A DNA stretch of 64,000 nucleotides, from the IMG/VR virus record IMGVR_UViG_3300048588_000114, positions 15,309 to 79,308 of that record, one strand, 5' to 3'. Positions 46,253-55,922 of this stretch are shown here, in pieces. Made by a program: the position numbers and the translations under genes. The DNA is from a virus. Taxonomy: Duplodnaviria > Heunggongvirae > Uroviricota > Caudoviricetes. The notes under the pieces were generated by a model. That model had not been told where the DNA came from and did no database searches. It saw only the letters and a program-made list of their open reading frames with translations. The number at the start of each line of letters is the position of its first letter. Within the stretch, counting starts at the first letter, position 1.

Positions 46253-47241
46253 TGAAAACAGACATAGTTGTAATTGGTAGTGGCCTTATAGGTAGTATGG
46301 TCACTAAATATCTTCGTGAAGTGCGAGGTATGGAAGTAGTGATAATAGACCAAAAGAACACCATGGCCGCTTCCAAGTGTAGTTTTGGCGTGTGGAAAGA
46401 AGGTTGGGTCAATGAGGTTATCCAGAAAGAATACAAGGACGGCTTAGAGCTATTAGATACTTTTAGCGGAGGAATCAAAGAAGAAGAATTCATTATCAAG
46501 CCGAAGCCCTATAAAAACAGGTCTATGGTAGATACATATGAGGTTAAATTAGAGATGAAGGCAGAAACCTTTAAGCGGGTGGATTGCTCTCTACTTCTGA
46601 ATGAGGAATCAATCAATGCTACGGTTCTCTCTATAGATCAAAACCGGGTTACGATCTTACATGCTGGCAAAGAGCAACGCAAAGAAGTCATTGTAGCTAA
46701 GCATATTGTGGTTGCTGCTGGGGTTTGGACTACCGACATACTAACAGAGAATGGACTGATGAATAATCTGCCTTATCTTGACCGCCAGTGGGGGGCTGTA
46801 TTCCATCTAAAAGGGAATGGCGATGTGAATTTACCAGCATCACAGATGCAAGAGTGGGCACCCTATAAACAGTCAGTATTCGTCAATTTAGGCAATAATC
46901 GTGGTGTATTTGGAGATGGTGCAACCATTAAAAATCCTAAGCCGAATGACGATAAGGTGAGATTTGCTTCTGATAGAATTGTTCTCCATATGAATGATTT
47001 ACTAAAGAGAAACATTAAAGACGGCAAAGAAACCTATTCTCAGACTAAATTCACAGGAAGCATAACTGAAATTCTTGAAGGCTACAGGCCGTATCTAAAT
47101 AAGCAGAAATCACATACCGGGCGTTTTGTGAATCGTCACTCAGATTATGTTATTTCAGCTACAGGAGGCGCTAAAAACTCTACGATTCTTTGCGGTCACA
47201 TGGCTAAAGAAGTGTGGAGGCTAATTAAGGCCGCTGGGTAA
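46252..47241 (+). CDS. FAD-dependent oxidoreductase (DAO/glycine-oxidase-like Rossmann)
   Basis: N-terminal dinucleotide fold MKTDIVVIGSGLIGSMV...VVIIDQ (GxGxxG plus acidic end of beta2); C-terminal SATGGAKNSTILCGHMA. Confidence 0.65.
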   Translation: MKTDIVVIGSGLIGSMVTKYLREVRGMEVVIIDQKNTMAASKCSFGVWKEGWVNEVIQKEYKDGLELLDTFSGGIKEEEFIIKPKPYKNRSMVDTYEVKLEMKAETFKRVDCSLLLNEESINATVLSIDQNRVTILHAGKEQRKEVIVAKHIVVAAGVWTTDILTENGLMNNLPYLDRQWGAVFHLKGNGDVNLPASQMQEWAPYKQSVFVNLGNNRGVFGDGATIKNPKPNDDKVRFASDRIVLHMNDLLKRNIKDGKETYSQTKFTGSITEILEGYRPYLNKQKSHTGRFVNRHSDYVISATGGAKNSTILCGHMAKEVWRLIKAAG

Positions 47242-47305
47242 TTCTCAAAGTTATTAGCTACTCTACTAAAGAAGTAAAAGACATACCAATAAAATCAAGA
47301 AAACC

Positions 47306-47569
47306 ATGGCAAAACAAGAAACAAAAGCACCTGCAAAAAAGGCAGCGGCTAAAACGGATGATGGACAAATCTGGGCTTACAATGTAAGAGCTAAAGAAAA
47401 GCAAGTGATGCACAACGCTGTTATCAGCAAAACCACTCGTGGTGGTTTTATGGCTTCCGGAACATCGGAAGATGGCGAAACGAAGCTCACCACCATCCTA
47501 TCAGCAGCTAATGCTGAGAAGTTCGTTGAAAGCGGCGTAGCTAAAAAAGACAAGAAAACCTGGAAATAG
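47306..47569 (+). CDS. hypothetical small basic protein
   Basis: 87 aa, Lys/Ala-rich N-terminus. Confidence 0.45.
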   Translation: MAKQETKAPAKKAAAKTDDGQIWAYNVRAKEKQVMHNAVISKTTRGGFMASGTSEDGETKLTTILSAANAEKFVESGVAKKDKKTWK

Positions 47570-47601
47570 TTATTCTCAAAAACTAAACCCGGCTAAGAAG
47601 T

Positions 47602-47634
47602 GATGCCCTGCTGTGAAGTGGGGCATTTCTTTTA
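47602..47634 (+). terminator. rho-independent terminator
   Basis: GATGCCC-TGCTGTGAAGTG-GGGCAT followed by TTCTTTT. Confidence 0.55.
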
Positions 47635-47654
47635 ACCCACAGTTATCTAACAAC

Positions 47655-48593
47655 ATGAGCAGAAACATCTATCGAGATTTTGATATATTTGCCCGGGCAT
47701 TAGTTAAGTCTAATGATGTAGACCCGGTTTATCCAGTAGTTAGGGGAATCCTAAAAGCCTATCCAAAATACCAGCCTGAGTGGTTTATTTTCGTGTATGT
47801 TGCTTTCTACAATCTTGAGACGGCCATACAGTTCTGCGATTTATGGCCTACGGCTTTGAGTTTCCAAGAACCTCAGGCACATCGGGAGTTTATGGAGATG
47901 CGATTGGCTGGTAAACTAAAGAAATTTGGCCATGAGCGCCGGGGGTCTTGCCGGAATCCTAAGAATCAATTGGAGTTATTTGATGCTGCGACTTGTTTCA
48001 CAGAAGATTGTATTAAGGGACGTGGCTTGAAGCAAGCTGATAATCTAACCTTTCGTCAGGTGTTAATGGAGCATCCTTGGCACGGTTATTGGTCTTCCTA
48101 CAAGATCGCAGAATTGTTTGAGAAATCTTTAGGCTGGGACAACTTAAAGATCAATGACTTAGGAATTGACGGTAGAGACCCTAACAGTAATGATGGCCCT
48201 ATTGGAGGACTAAGATGGCTGTTTGATAGAGAAAGTCAATATAATTCCCTTTGGTATAAGATATGGAATAGATTTGGCAAGCGATTAAGCAAAGAATATG
48301 GGTGGGGGATAGGAGAAACAGAGACTTGCTTGTGTAAATTTCATAAATTGATGACCGGGAAGTATTATGTGGGTCATGATGTGGATGAATTTTATGATTT
48401 AAGGCATGTTTTAAGCCCGGAGAACTATCGAAACATATTGGGCAATAATTTTACTGGCTTTTGGGAAGAAGGCATTAAAGGGGTTAAAAAGCACCAAAAA
48501 TCGCACTACCAAAAAACTGGAGAGATTTTGAATTCACATTATGGGGATTCTGTTTCCCCGGTTGATGTGGAAAAACTAATACTTGAATTATGA
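47655..48593 (+). CDS. hypothetical ~313 aa enzyme-like protein, paralog A of a duplicated family (candidate DNA-modification transferase)
   Basis: ORF 47613-48593; ATG 47655 follows terminator. N-terminal NIYRDFD...EWFIFVYVAFYN is paralogous to NVYRELD...LFHILVFRIFNQ in 49889-50872. Alternates with P-loop kinases. Confidence 0.6.
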   Translation: MSRNIYRDFDIFARALVKSNDVDPVYPVVRGILKAYPKYQPEWFIFVYVAFYNLETAIQFCDLWPTALSFQEPQAHREFMEMRLAGKLKKFGHERRGSCRNPKNQLELFDAATCFTEDCIKGRGLKQADNLTFRQVLMEHPWHGYWSSYKIAELFEKSLGWDNLKINDLGIDGRDPNSNDGPIGGLRWLFDRESQYNSLWYKIWNRFGKRLSKEYGWGIGETETCLCKFHKLMTGKYYVGHDVDEFYDLRHVLSPENYRNILGNNFTGFWEEGIKGVKKHQKSHYQKTGEILNSHYGDSVSPVDVEKLILEL

Positions 48594-49264
48594 GTAAGCA
48601 GAAAATCTTAGTAGCAATACATGGCGGCGGCGGGAGTGGTAAGACCACCCAGCTAAAGAAGCTAATTGATTTCCTTTCAGAAGGAAAAAATGATGGAATT
48701 GTGGAGTCAAAAGTCATATCTAAGGAGAAGATGGACTACTGTTACACGCTTTATCCTAAGGCTAATCTAGCCGTTATAGGTAAATTAGGCGATAATCAAT
48801 GTACTGGATTAGATACAGTTTACAGTAAGTTAGGAAATGAAGGGGTTGGAAGAAGTATCAAAGCTGCCTTGGAGAATCCGGAAGTAGATATCATAGCAAT
48901 TGAGTGTTTGTTTTTAACCTTCAGTTGGTATGAGACTTGGGTGAAAATGGGTATTAGGAGCCAATTTAAGCTACTTTTCGTGCTGCTTGATCTATCTCTC
49001 TGGGACAACTTTAGGAGAATTCAATTGAGGCGTTTTAAGAAGAAGCCGGATGGCGTTGAGGACTATCGTGATGTGTTTCTTGAAGATACCGTTTACAAGA
49101 ATGTAGGCACTAAGAATGGTGAAGCGAGAATTATCTATCAAAAGATAGCCGGGGAACATCCTAAAAGCCTAACAAAGTGCGCTGATATGTGTTTTACGGT
49201 TGACGCTAAACTCCATCCTGACCTAATATTCAATAAGATTATTAATGCCATTTATAAGATATGA
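48590..49264 (+). CDS. P-loop kinase, paralog 2
   Basis: Walker A AIHGGGGSGKTT; QCTGLDTVYSKLGNEGV and NFRRIQLRR motifs shared with paralogs. Confidence 0.7.
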   Translation: MSKQKILVAIHGGGGSGKTTQLKKLIDFLSEGKNDGIVESKVISKEKMDYCYTLYPKANLAVIGKLGDNQCTGLDTVYSKLGNEGVGRSIKAALENPEVDIIAIECLFLTFSWYETWVKMGIRSQFKLLFVLLDLSLWDNFRRIQLRRFKKKPDGVEDYRDVFLEDTVYKNVGTKNGEARIIYQKIAGEHPKSLTKCADMCFTVDAKLHPDLIFNKIINAIYKI

Positions 49265-49884
49265 CTACTATCATCTGGATTGTTGCTGGCCTTTCTGTAG
49301 GCAAAACCACGTTAAACAAGGATTTGATTGAGGTTTTAGGTGATGAGCCACGCCGTCTCGTAGAGGGGACAAACAATGGTGTGCCTTATTGTTATACCCG
49401 TTATGGGGTGATTTGTAGTTTAGGCAATCTGAATGATTCCCAATGCTCAGGATTAGATAGAGTTAGTAGTAAATTAAAGAATGAAGGAATTGAAGAATCT
49501 ATAAAACAGGCAGTTAAGGATGGTGTTCAATTCATAATTGTAGAGAGTATCATGTCAGCGTCAACTTGGCTTGATTTCTTAAAGAAGCATACCGATAATT
49601 TACTAATGGTTCACTTATGTTGTGATTTTGAATCCAATGTGAGACGTCTAAAATACAGGCAATTTACAAGCCCGGATTATAAGGGAATTGCTGAAGCCCC
49701 AGTTGATATTAGACTTACTGATGGGAATTATGAGTTTATTCGCAAGACCCGGAAGCAATATCTGGCCATATATGAAAAGTTCAAAGACAAAGTTAATCAC
49801 AGTGTTAGTATTGATACTACCAACATCGGCACTAAAAAGGTGATGAAGGGAGTGCTGAAGCTAATTAACGACAGTCTTTCCTAA
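49261..49884 (+). CDS. P-loop kinase, paralog 3
   Basis: Walker A IVAGLSVGKTT; QCSGLDRVSSKLKNEGI and NVRRLKYRQ motifs. Confidence 0.7.
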   Translation: MTTIIWIVAGLSVGKTTLNKDLIEVLGDEPRRLVEGTNNGVPYCYTRYGVICSLGNLNDSQCSGLDRVSSKLKNEGIEESIKQAVKDGVQFIIVESIMSASTWLDFLKKHTDNLLMVHLCCDFESNVRRLKYRQFTSPDYKGIAEAPVDIRLTDGNYEFIRKTRKQYLAIYEKFKDKVNHSVSIDTTNIGTKKVMKGVLKLINDSLS

Positions 49885-49888
49885 GATT

Positions 49889-50872
49889 ATGGCATTATTA
49901 AATTTTCAAAGCAGCTATGGGACTAACTCAAATTTAGAGAAATCCCTACCGGACGCATCACTACAATTAGATGAGTTCCATTTAGACACGTTCTTCGGAA
50001 CAATGCTGGAGCGTCAGCGTATTACAATGAAGCGGCTTCGTGGAGAGCCGTGGCCTTGGACAGAGAATAAGTTTCTCCGGGACTATAAATTCACTAATGT
50101 TTACCGGGAATTAGATCGTAACTCTCAATGGGAAATCAACAATATCATAAAAAACGAGAAGTTGACTGACGAAGATACCCTATTCCACATCCTAGTTTTT
50201 AGGATATTTAATCAACCGGACTTCTTTGAATACAATAAAAAACACAAGGGATGGAAGAATGGTATTCCGCTCTTTAGAGAATTTAGTAAGGAGGCATTTG
50301 AACAGGCCATTTATGATTACAGGGCAACAGGGAATAATCCCTTCACTAATGCTTACCTTACTAATTCTCAATCTTGTCCCGGTCAAACCCGTGATTGGTG
50401 TTATGGCAACGTCATAATCCCTAACTATCATGAGCGTGTCCCAGAGTTTTTGGAGGCGTTTAAAGAGCATAAAACCGCTAAAGAGACAGCTAAAATGCTA
50501 GTAAGTCTCAAGTCAGCAGGTTGGTTTGTGGCTCATGAGTTCTATATTTCACTATGCTATATCGCTAAATATCGGGAAGAAACCTTCTTTCCTTGGACTG
50601 AAATGGATTGGACTAATGTTGGGCCTGGCGCTAGCTTAGGTTTAAGGCTTATATTTCCGAATCTTGATAGTACTTCTAAGCAATTAGAAGGTATCTTTTT
50701 GCTCCACAAAATGGCTAGATCTAAATTTAAGCAATTAGGTGGTTTTGAATGGTTAGATGAACGCAAAGAATTCACCCTTCATCAGATAGAATTTTGGTTG
50801 TGCGAATACGGGAAATACTATAAAATGATGGTTGGAGAAGGAAAGCAACGCTCTAAGTACATTCCACACTAA
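49889..50872 (+). CDS. hypothetical 327 aa enzyme-like protein, paralog B (candidate DNA-modification transferase)
   Basis: PWPWTENKFLRDYKFTNVYRELDR segment; same length and shared N-terminal motif with 47655-48593. Confidence 0.6.
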   Translation: MALLNFQSSYGTNSNLEKSLPDASLQLDEFHLDTFFGTMLERQRITMKRLRGEPWPWTENKFLRDYKFTNVYRELDRNSQWEINNIIKNEKLTDEDTLFHILVFRIFNQPDFFEYNKKHKGWKNGIPLFREFSKEAFEQAIYDYRATGNNPFTNAYLTNSQSCPGQTRDWCYGNVIIPNYHERVPEFLEAFKEHKTAKETAKMLVSLKSAGWFVAHEFYISLCYIAKYREETFFPWTEMDWTNVGPGASLGLRLIFPNLDSTSKQLEGIFLLHKMARSKFKQLGGFEWLDERKEFTLHQIEFWLCEYGKYYKMMVGEGKQRSKYIPH

Positions 50873-51358
50873 ATGTTTAAGAAAGGCAATACTGTAACAT
50901 TAGGGCGCAAGCTAAATTTAAGCGATGAAGAGCGCAAAAGACGTGCTAATCATGTTAAATCGAATATAAATGCCAAAGGACTAAATGTTGAGAATGGTAA
51001 CTATTGTAAATTCTACGAAGTTGATGGATTGAGAATCCAAGGTAGATGGGAATTAGCCTATATACTAAATCTAAAGGCATTAGGTCTTCCGTTACCAACT
51101 AAATCCAAGATAATTTTAACTCCAACTGGTGCCTATACGCCTGATTTTGAATTTGATGATTATTTTGTAGAGGTTAAATCCGCCTACACCATTAGGACTT
51201 GTAGGACAAATGGCCAATTTGAGAAGATAAAATGGGTTAGTAATAACATTAAAAAAGTTAGGATAGTTCTAATAACAGAAAGAAGAGTTGGGGAGATTTT
51301 ATTCAGGCAAAGATACGCAAAATACCAACGTTCTCTAAGGAACCCTTATCAGATATAG
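50873..51358 (+). CDS. PD-(D/E)xK-type nuclease-like protein
   Basis: TPDFEFDDYFVEVKS contains D...ExK in the expected beta-strand context; a YxxxE-G motif lies upstream. Confidence 0.45.
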   Translation: MFKKGNTVTLGRKLNLSDEERKRRANHVKSNINAKGLNVENGNYCKFYEVDGLRIQGRWELAYILNLKALGLPLPTKSKIILTPTGAYTPDFEFDDYFVEVKSAYTIRTCRTNGQFEKIKWVSNNIKKVRIVLITERRVGEILFRQRYAKYQRSLRNPYQI

Positions 51359-51384
51359 GTTCATTAAACTAATTTCATTCCAAA

Positions 51385-53484
51385 ATGATCAATTCATTAG
51401 ACTTTGCCGCTAACCTACACAAAATGAAGTGCAGGAATATCACTGCTGGTTTCGTAGGAGAAGCCGGAGAAATTCAAAAAGGAGAAGTAGAGGATGTAAT
51501 GGCCTATACTAAGTTTCAGTCAGCTGTCCATTCTAACAATATACTTGGGAAAGTGTCGGAAGACAAGACCCATCTATTGACTAAGGCAGTTGATATGGAT
51601 GAGGATATATTCCTCAAAGCCGTAAAAGATCAAGCACTGGAGGTTTATGACCACGGTAGTCTAAATAAGTTTAAATCAGATTTAGTAAAAGCCGCTGCTT
51701 CAGGGAAAGTGTCTTCTGACATAATTGAAAAGGCTAAAAAGGATTTAGGCAAACTTACTAAAGTCCAAGTGTCAGACAAGAACGGCCAAAAGCGCACTGT
51801 TTGGGTCAAGAGAGGAGGTGACGATGAAGCGTCACAGGGAAAGCAAGCTAAGGTTGCCTATGCCTCAGATACTAAGACTAAGGAAGAAGGTGACCACATT
51901 ATCAGCCGGGCTAAGGCTGCTTTAGATAATCCACGAACTCCAATGTCAATGAGAGCTAAGGCTCAAGAAATGATTGACGCTGAAAATAAGAAGTGGTCTA
52001 AAGAACAGGAAGCACATTCTGATTATTCTAACGAAAAACACCCACATCACGAGGCTTACAAGGCGGGGCATGAAGCCGCTAAGAGCGGGGGAACTTCTCA
52101 TGCCTATGATAAGAACTCTGAATCTGGTAAAGCAAAGGCAGAGGCTTGGGAAGCCGGGCATAAAGCTGCTGGAGGTGGTAAAAAACCTGACTATGACAAG
52201 GAACTCGAAGACATGTACGACAAAAAGACTGGCGGCGATAAGGAAAAAGCCCCGGAGGAAAAAAAGCCTGTGGAGAAACCTAAAGCCAAAGAAAAAAAGT
52301 CTGTAGATGATACTGAGAAACATGAGGCTAGACGTAAAGACTTAGCTAAACGTGCTCTTGACGAGCATAAAGATGTTGAAATAGCTTCGCATATTCTCGA
52401 CTCTAAGAAAACTAAACATACTGATTTAGACGGACATGAAAAAACCTTAAATGAGCTAACTAAAAAGAAAAAGAAGATTGATGAGAGTGTTAAAAAGTTA
52501 GTAGCCGCTGGATATTCTGAAGATGATGCTAATGATTTTGCTGATGAGCACTATCAAGGAGGCTCTAAACTTCCAGCGAAAGCTAAGGCTGTTATTGAAG
52601 GTAAGTATGAAAAGCCATCAATGACTAAAGAAAAAGCTAAGGAAATTACCTCTAAATACAACAAGGACGGCTCTGAAAAATCCAGTATGTCTAAGGAAAA
52701 GGCTAAAGAAATAACTTCTAAATACAATCGTGATGGTTCTGAGAAAAAAGCAGAGCCTAAAAAGCCTAATTCTAAAGAATCTGACGTTATTGGAGGCGTT
52801 AATGTTAGGAATTTAGCTAAGGAGGCAATAGATGAAGAACCTGAAGTAGAGGGCGATGGAGAAGACGCAATGGCAACTGGCGCTTGCGCTAGTATTACTG
52901 AGCATATTCATCAAAATTTAAAAAAGAAAGGCATAAAATCAGAAGTTTTAGACATAGCTCCAACTAAAACTCCATATTCTGGAGTTGGCCCAGATCACAC
53001 AGCCCTATATTTACCAGATCATGATTTGATTTTAGACACACAGGTTTGGCAATATCATAGTAAAACAGAGCTACCTGATGTTGATATTTCAAAACGAAAA
53101 ATCACTTACACTCCAGAGGAATATGAGAAATTAGGATTTGAAGTGCCTAAAGATATGCCTATGAATGGCAAATCAGCGTATTTGAAGAGAAGCGGTAAGA
53201 AAGAGGCAGAAAAAACACCTAAAAAGAGCATGAAAGACCATCTCAGCGACAAAGAAGGCTGGGAACGCAATAAAGAGTATGATATGGATTCTAAGCACGT
53301 AGGAGGAGGAATTCATGCCTTTAAAACGGATGAAGATCAAATGGTGTATATGTCTAATCCGGGGTCAGCCAAAGAGAAGGAACACACTGAAGAAGAAGCA
53401 GAAGCCGCCTACAAGAAGCATAAAGACAAGGTTGAGAAAGCCATGGAGGATGATTCAATCCTTGAAGAAGTAGGTAAAAACTAA
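51385..53484 (+). CDS. large Lys/Glu-rich low-complexity protein with internal tandem 20-aa repeat (candidate internal/ejected virion protein)
   Basis: 699 aa. Repeat SMTKEKAKEITSKYNKDGSEK / SMSKEKAKEITSKYNRDGSEK at ~52615-52745; folded-looking C-terminal domain. Confidence 0.6.
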   Translation: MINSLDFAANLHKMKCRNITAGFVGEAGEIQKGEVEDVMAYTKFQSAVHSNNILGKVSEDKTHLLTKAVDMDEDIFLKAVKDQALEVYDHGSLNKFKSDLVKAAASGKVSSDIIEKAKKDLGKLTKVQVSDKNGQKRTVWVKRGGDDEASQGKQAKVAYASDTKTKEEGDHIISRAKAALDNPRTPMSMRAKAQEMIDAENKKWSKEQEAHSDYSNEKHPHHEAYKAGHEAAKSGGTSHAYDKNSESGKAKAEAWEAGHKAAGGGKKPDYDKELEDMYDKKTGGDKEKAPEEKKPVEKPKAKEKKSVDDTEKHEARRKDLAKRALDEHKDVEIASHILDSKKTKHTDLDGHEKTLNELTKKKKKIDESVKKLVAAGYSEDDANDFADEHYQGGSKLPAKAKAVIEGKYEKPSMTKEKAKEITSKYNKDGSEKSSMSKEKAKEITSKYNRDGSEKKAEPKKPNSKESDVIGGVNVRNLAKEAIDEEPEVEGDGEDAMATGACASITEHIHQNLKKKGIKSEVLDIAPTKTPYSGVGPDHTALYLPDHDLILDTQVWQYHSKTELPDVDISKRKITYTPEEYEKLGFEVPKDMPMNGKSAYLKRSGKKEAEKTPKKSMKDHLSDKEGWERNKEYDMDSKHVGGGIHAFKTDEDQMVYMSNPGSAKEKEHTEEEAEAAYKKHKDKVEKAMEDDSILEEVGKN

Positions 53485-53496
53485 AAGCATTTCGTT

Positions 53497-55149
53497 ATGG
53501 CTGGAAATAAGTTAGAGAAACTAATTCAATTAGAGCAAAAAGTAGGTAAACTAAAGGACAGGGAGATTGAAAAAGCCCTTTCCTCTAGCGACCCTAATGA
53601 GCTCATAAAAGCCCACTTAGCTTTCCAGAAGCAAGTAGAGGCACGTCAAGATCACGGCCACAAAGCATATCTGGTTGACCCTAATGAGTTCCAAAGTTCT
53701 TTTGGCTACAAAGATCGACCAGTCAATTTGTCCTATAATATGCTGAAGGGAATGGCGAGAGTGCCTGTAATTAATGCGGTCATAAAGACCCGTATCAATC
53801 AGGTTGCTGCTTTCTGTGAGCCTCAGAAGAATGAATATAGTGTTGGCTATGTTATTCGAAAACGTAAACTACCCGGTGAGAACTCTCCTACTAAAATGAC
53901 TAAGGATGAGAGACAGGAAATTTATGATCTTCAGGATTTCATGGAGAATTGTGGGGAAACAAATGTCTGGGGTGCTGATGATTTTGATGCTTTCTGTAGA
54001 AAGATAATCAGAGATAGTCTTGTATTTGATCAAATGACCTTTGAAGTAGAGAGGGACAGAAGAGGAAAGCCAGTGGCTTTTTATGCTGTAGATGCTTCTA
54101 CAATGAGACTATCTGAAAGTTTCGATGATCAGAACTATGAGCAGTATAAGAACACAATCAATGTAGGTACGAAGATAGCTAAGGTTCAAAATTACTATCC
54201 TTCCTATGCTCAGATATTGGATGGTAGTGTACATGAGCTATTTTATCCATGGGAAATGTGCTTTGGTATTCGGAATCCCACTACTGATGTTACAATGTCA
54301 GGATATGGAGTTTCTGAGTTAGAAGAATTAGTGTCTGTGGTTACATCTCTTGTCTGGGGAGAAGAATATAACAGACGTTTCTTCAAGCAAGGTTCTGCGC
54401 CTAAGGGTATTCTTAGGATTTCAGGCTCAATGCCTGATCATAAATTGAATGAGTTTAGGCAGAATTGGAACTCCACTATGCGTGGTGTCCAAAACGCCCA
54501 CCGAACTCCGGTTCTCGAAGCAGAGAAAGCTGATTGGATTGATCTTCAGCGCAATAATCGGGACATGGAGTTCACTCAATGGATGGAGTTCCTAATTAAG
54601 GTAGCTTGCGCCATTTATACCATAGACCCTTCTGAGATTAACTTCCCTATGAGTGGCTCAGCTGGCTCTTCTCCTATGTTTGGAGAAAACAAAGAGTCAA
54701 CATTGAAGTTTTCTCAAATGAAAGGTCTTTATCCCATCCTAAAGTTCCTACAAAAACGCATCAATAAGTATCTTATTCAGCCACGCAATCCTAAGTATGA
54801 GTTTGCTTTTGTTGGTTTAGATGCGATGACACCTAAGGAACAAGCCGAACTGGATGAGAAGTCAGTTAAAACCTACAAGACGGTGAATGAGTTGAGGAAA
54901 GAAAAGAACCTCAAGCCATTGCCGGGCGGGGATATATTGCTTGATTCTACTTTCGCTAGGGCTGTAAATGCAGAGAAACAGAGACAAATGATGGATGATA
55001 GCCAAGGATATGAGGACGGCGGTGCCGGGGCAGAAGAAGCCATTATTTCAGGTAAATATCCCGGCGGTGAGGCTGAGGAAGAACTGGATAAAAATAATCC
55101 AATTATCAAATCCTTAGAGGAGTTCTTGATTGGCATCAATACGAAATAA
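53497..55149 (+). CDS. candidate portal protein
   Basis: 550 aa at the head of the capsid-morphogenesis block; size and position are typical. No decisive motif. Confidence 0.45.
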   Translation: MAGNKLEKLIQLEQKVGKLKDREIEKALSSSDPNELIKAHLAFQKQVEARQDHGHKAYLVDPNEFQSSFGYKDRPVNLSYNMLKGMARVPVINAVIKTRINQVAAFCEPQKNEYSVGYVIRKRKLPGENSPTKMTKDERQEIYDLQDFMENCGETNVWGADDFDAFCRKIIRDSLVFDQMTFEVERDRRGKPVAFYAVDASTMRLSESFDDQNYEQYKNTINVGTKIAKVQNYYPSYAQILDGSVHELFYPWEMCFGIRNPTTDVTMSGYGVSELEELVSVVTSLVWGEEYNRRFFKQGSAPKGILRISGSMPDHKLNEFRQNWNSTMRGVQNAHRTPVLEAEKADWIDLQRNNRDMEFTQWMEFLIKVACAIYTIDPSEINFPMSGSAGSSPMFGENKESTLKFSQMKGLYPILKFLQKRINKYLIQPRNPKYEFAFVGLDAMTPKEQAELDEKSVKTYKTVNELRKEKNLKPLPGGDILLDSTFARAVNAEKQRQMMDDSQGYEDGGAGAEEAIISGKYPGGEAEEELDKNNPIIKSLEEFLIGINTK

Positions 55150-55170
55150 TAACATTTAGTAAATTAGATA

Positions 55171-55449
55171 ATGAAAAACGACACGCACGATTATCCTATT
55201 GTAAAGACAGTAGACGGTCAATTCCCACCTCAATTGAAAGAGGTTGACACTTCGGTAGCCGGGACGGTTACTACATTTGAAGGTTGGTGCCCAAGAGGGG
55301 CTAAAACTGATGAAGCGAAGTGGAAAATTCGTAAGACAGTAGCTGTAACAGCATCTAATGTGACTACAACTACTACATCTTTTCCTGATGGAGATGATGA
55401 ATTCAAATTCAAATGGTCTGAGAGGGCAACGCTTTCGTTTGCTTACTAA
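55171..55449 (+). CDS. hypothetical protein
   Basis: 92 aa ORF. Confidence 0.4.
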   Translation: MKNDTHDYPIVKTVDGQFPPQLKEVDTSVAGTVTTFEGWCPRGAKTDEAKWKIRKTVAVTASNVTTTTTSFPDGDDEFKFKWSERATLSFAY

Positions 55450-55499
55450 TCGTATGTCTTAGAGAATTAACAGATGTTTAACAGTTAAAAACTTTTAAA

Positions 55500-55916
55500 A
55501 TGTTTTATAGTCTAATCCTCAAATCGAAGCAAACGTTTATGTGGTCTCATTTCTTAGTGTTTTTGGTGTCGTTGATTATGCCAATCCTGCCAGCAATAGT
55601 GATAACTGGTGTTCTCATCTTCACTGATTTTGCTACTGGCTTATATGCGGCTCACAAAACTAAGAAACGCATCACTTCAAGCAGGATGAGAGACACTATT
55701 GATAAGATATTTGTCTATAATACAAGCATCATACTTGCTTATTTGATAGAGAGATACATGCTTCAGGGGGCTTTTCCGGTTCTCCGTGTAGCGCTTGGCT
55801 TTATCGCATTAGCTGAGTTCAAATCAATTTCTGAGAATTTCCATAAAATAACTGGGATAAATCTACATAAGAAGATTTTATCCTATTTGAAAAAGAAACA
55901 CGACTTAGAACTTTAG
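55500..55916 (+). CDS. multi-TM small membrane protein (holin-like)
   Basis: 138 aa with 3 predicted TM helices (FLVFLVSLIMPILPAIVITGVLIF, SIILAYLIERYM, VALGFIALAEF). Confidence 0.45.
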   Translation: MFYSLILKSKQTFMWSHFLVFLVSLIMPILPAIVITGVLIFTDFATGLYAAHKTKKRITSSRMRDTIDKIFVYNTSIILAYLIERYMLQGAFPVLRVALGFIALAEFKSISENFHKITGINLHKKILSYLKKKHDLEL

Positions 55917-55922
55917 ATAATA

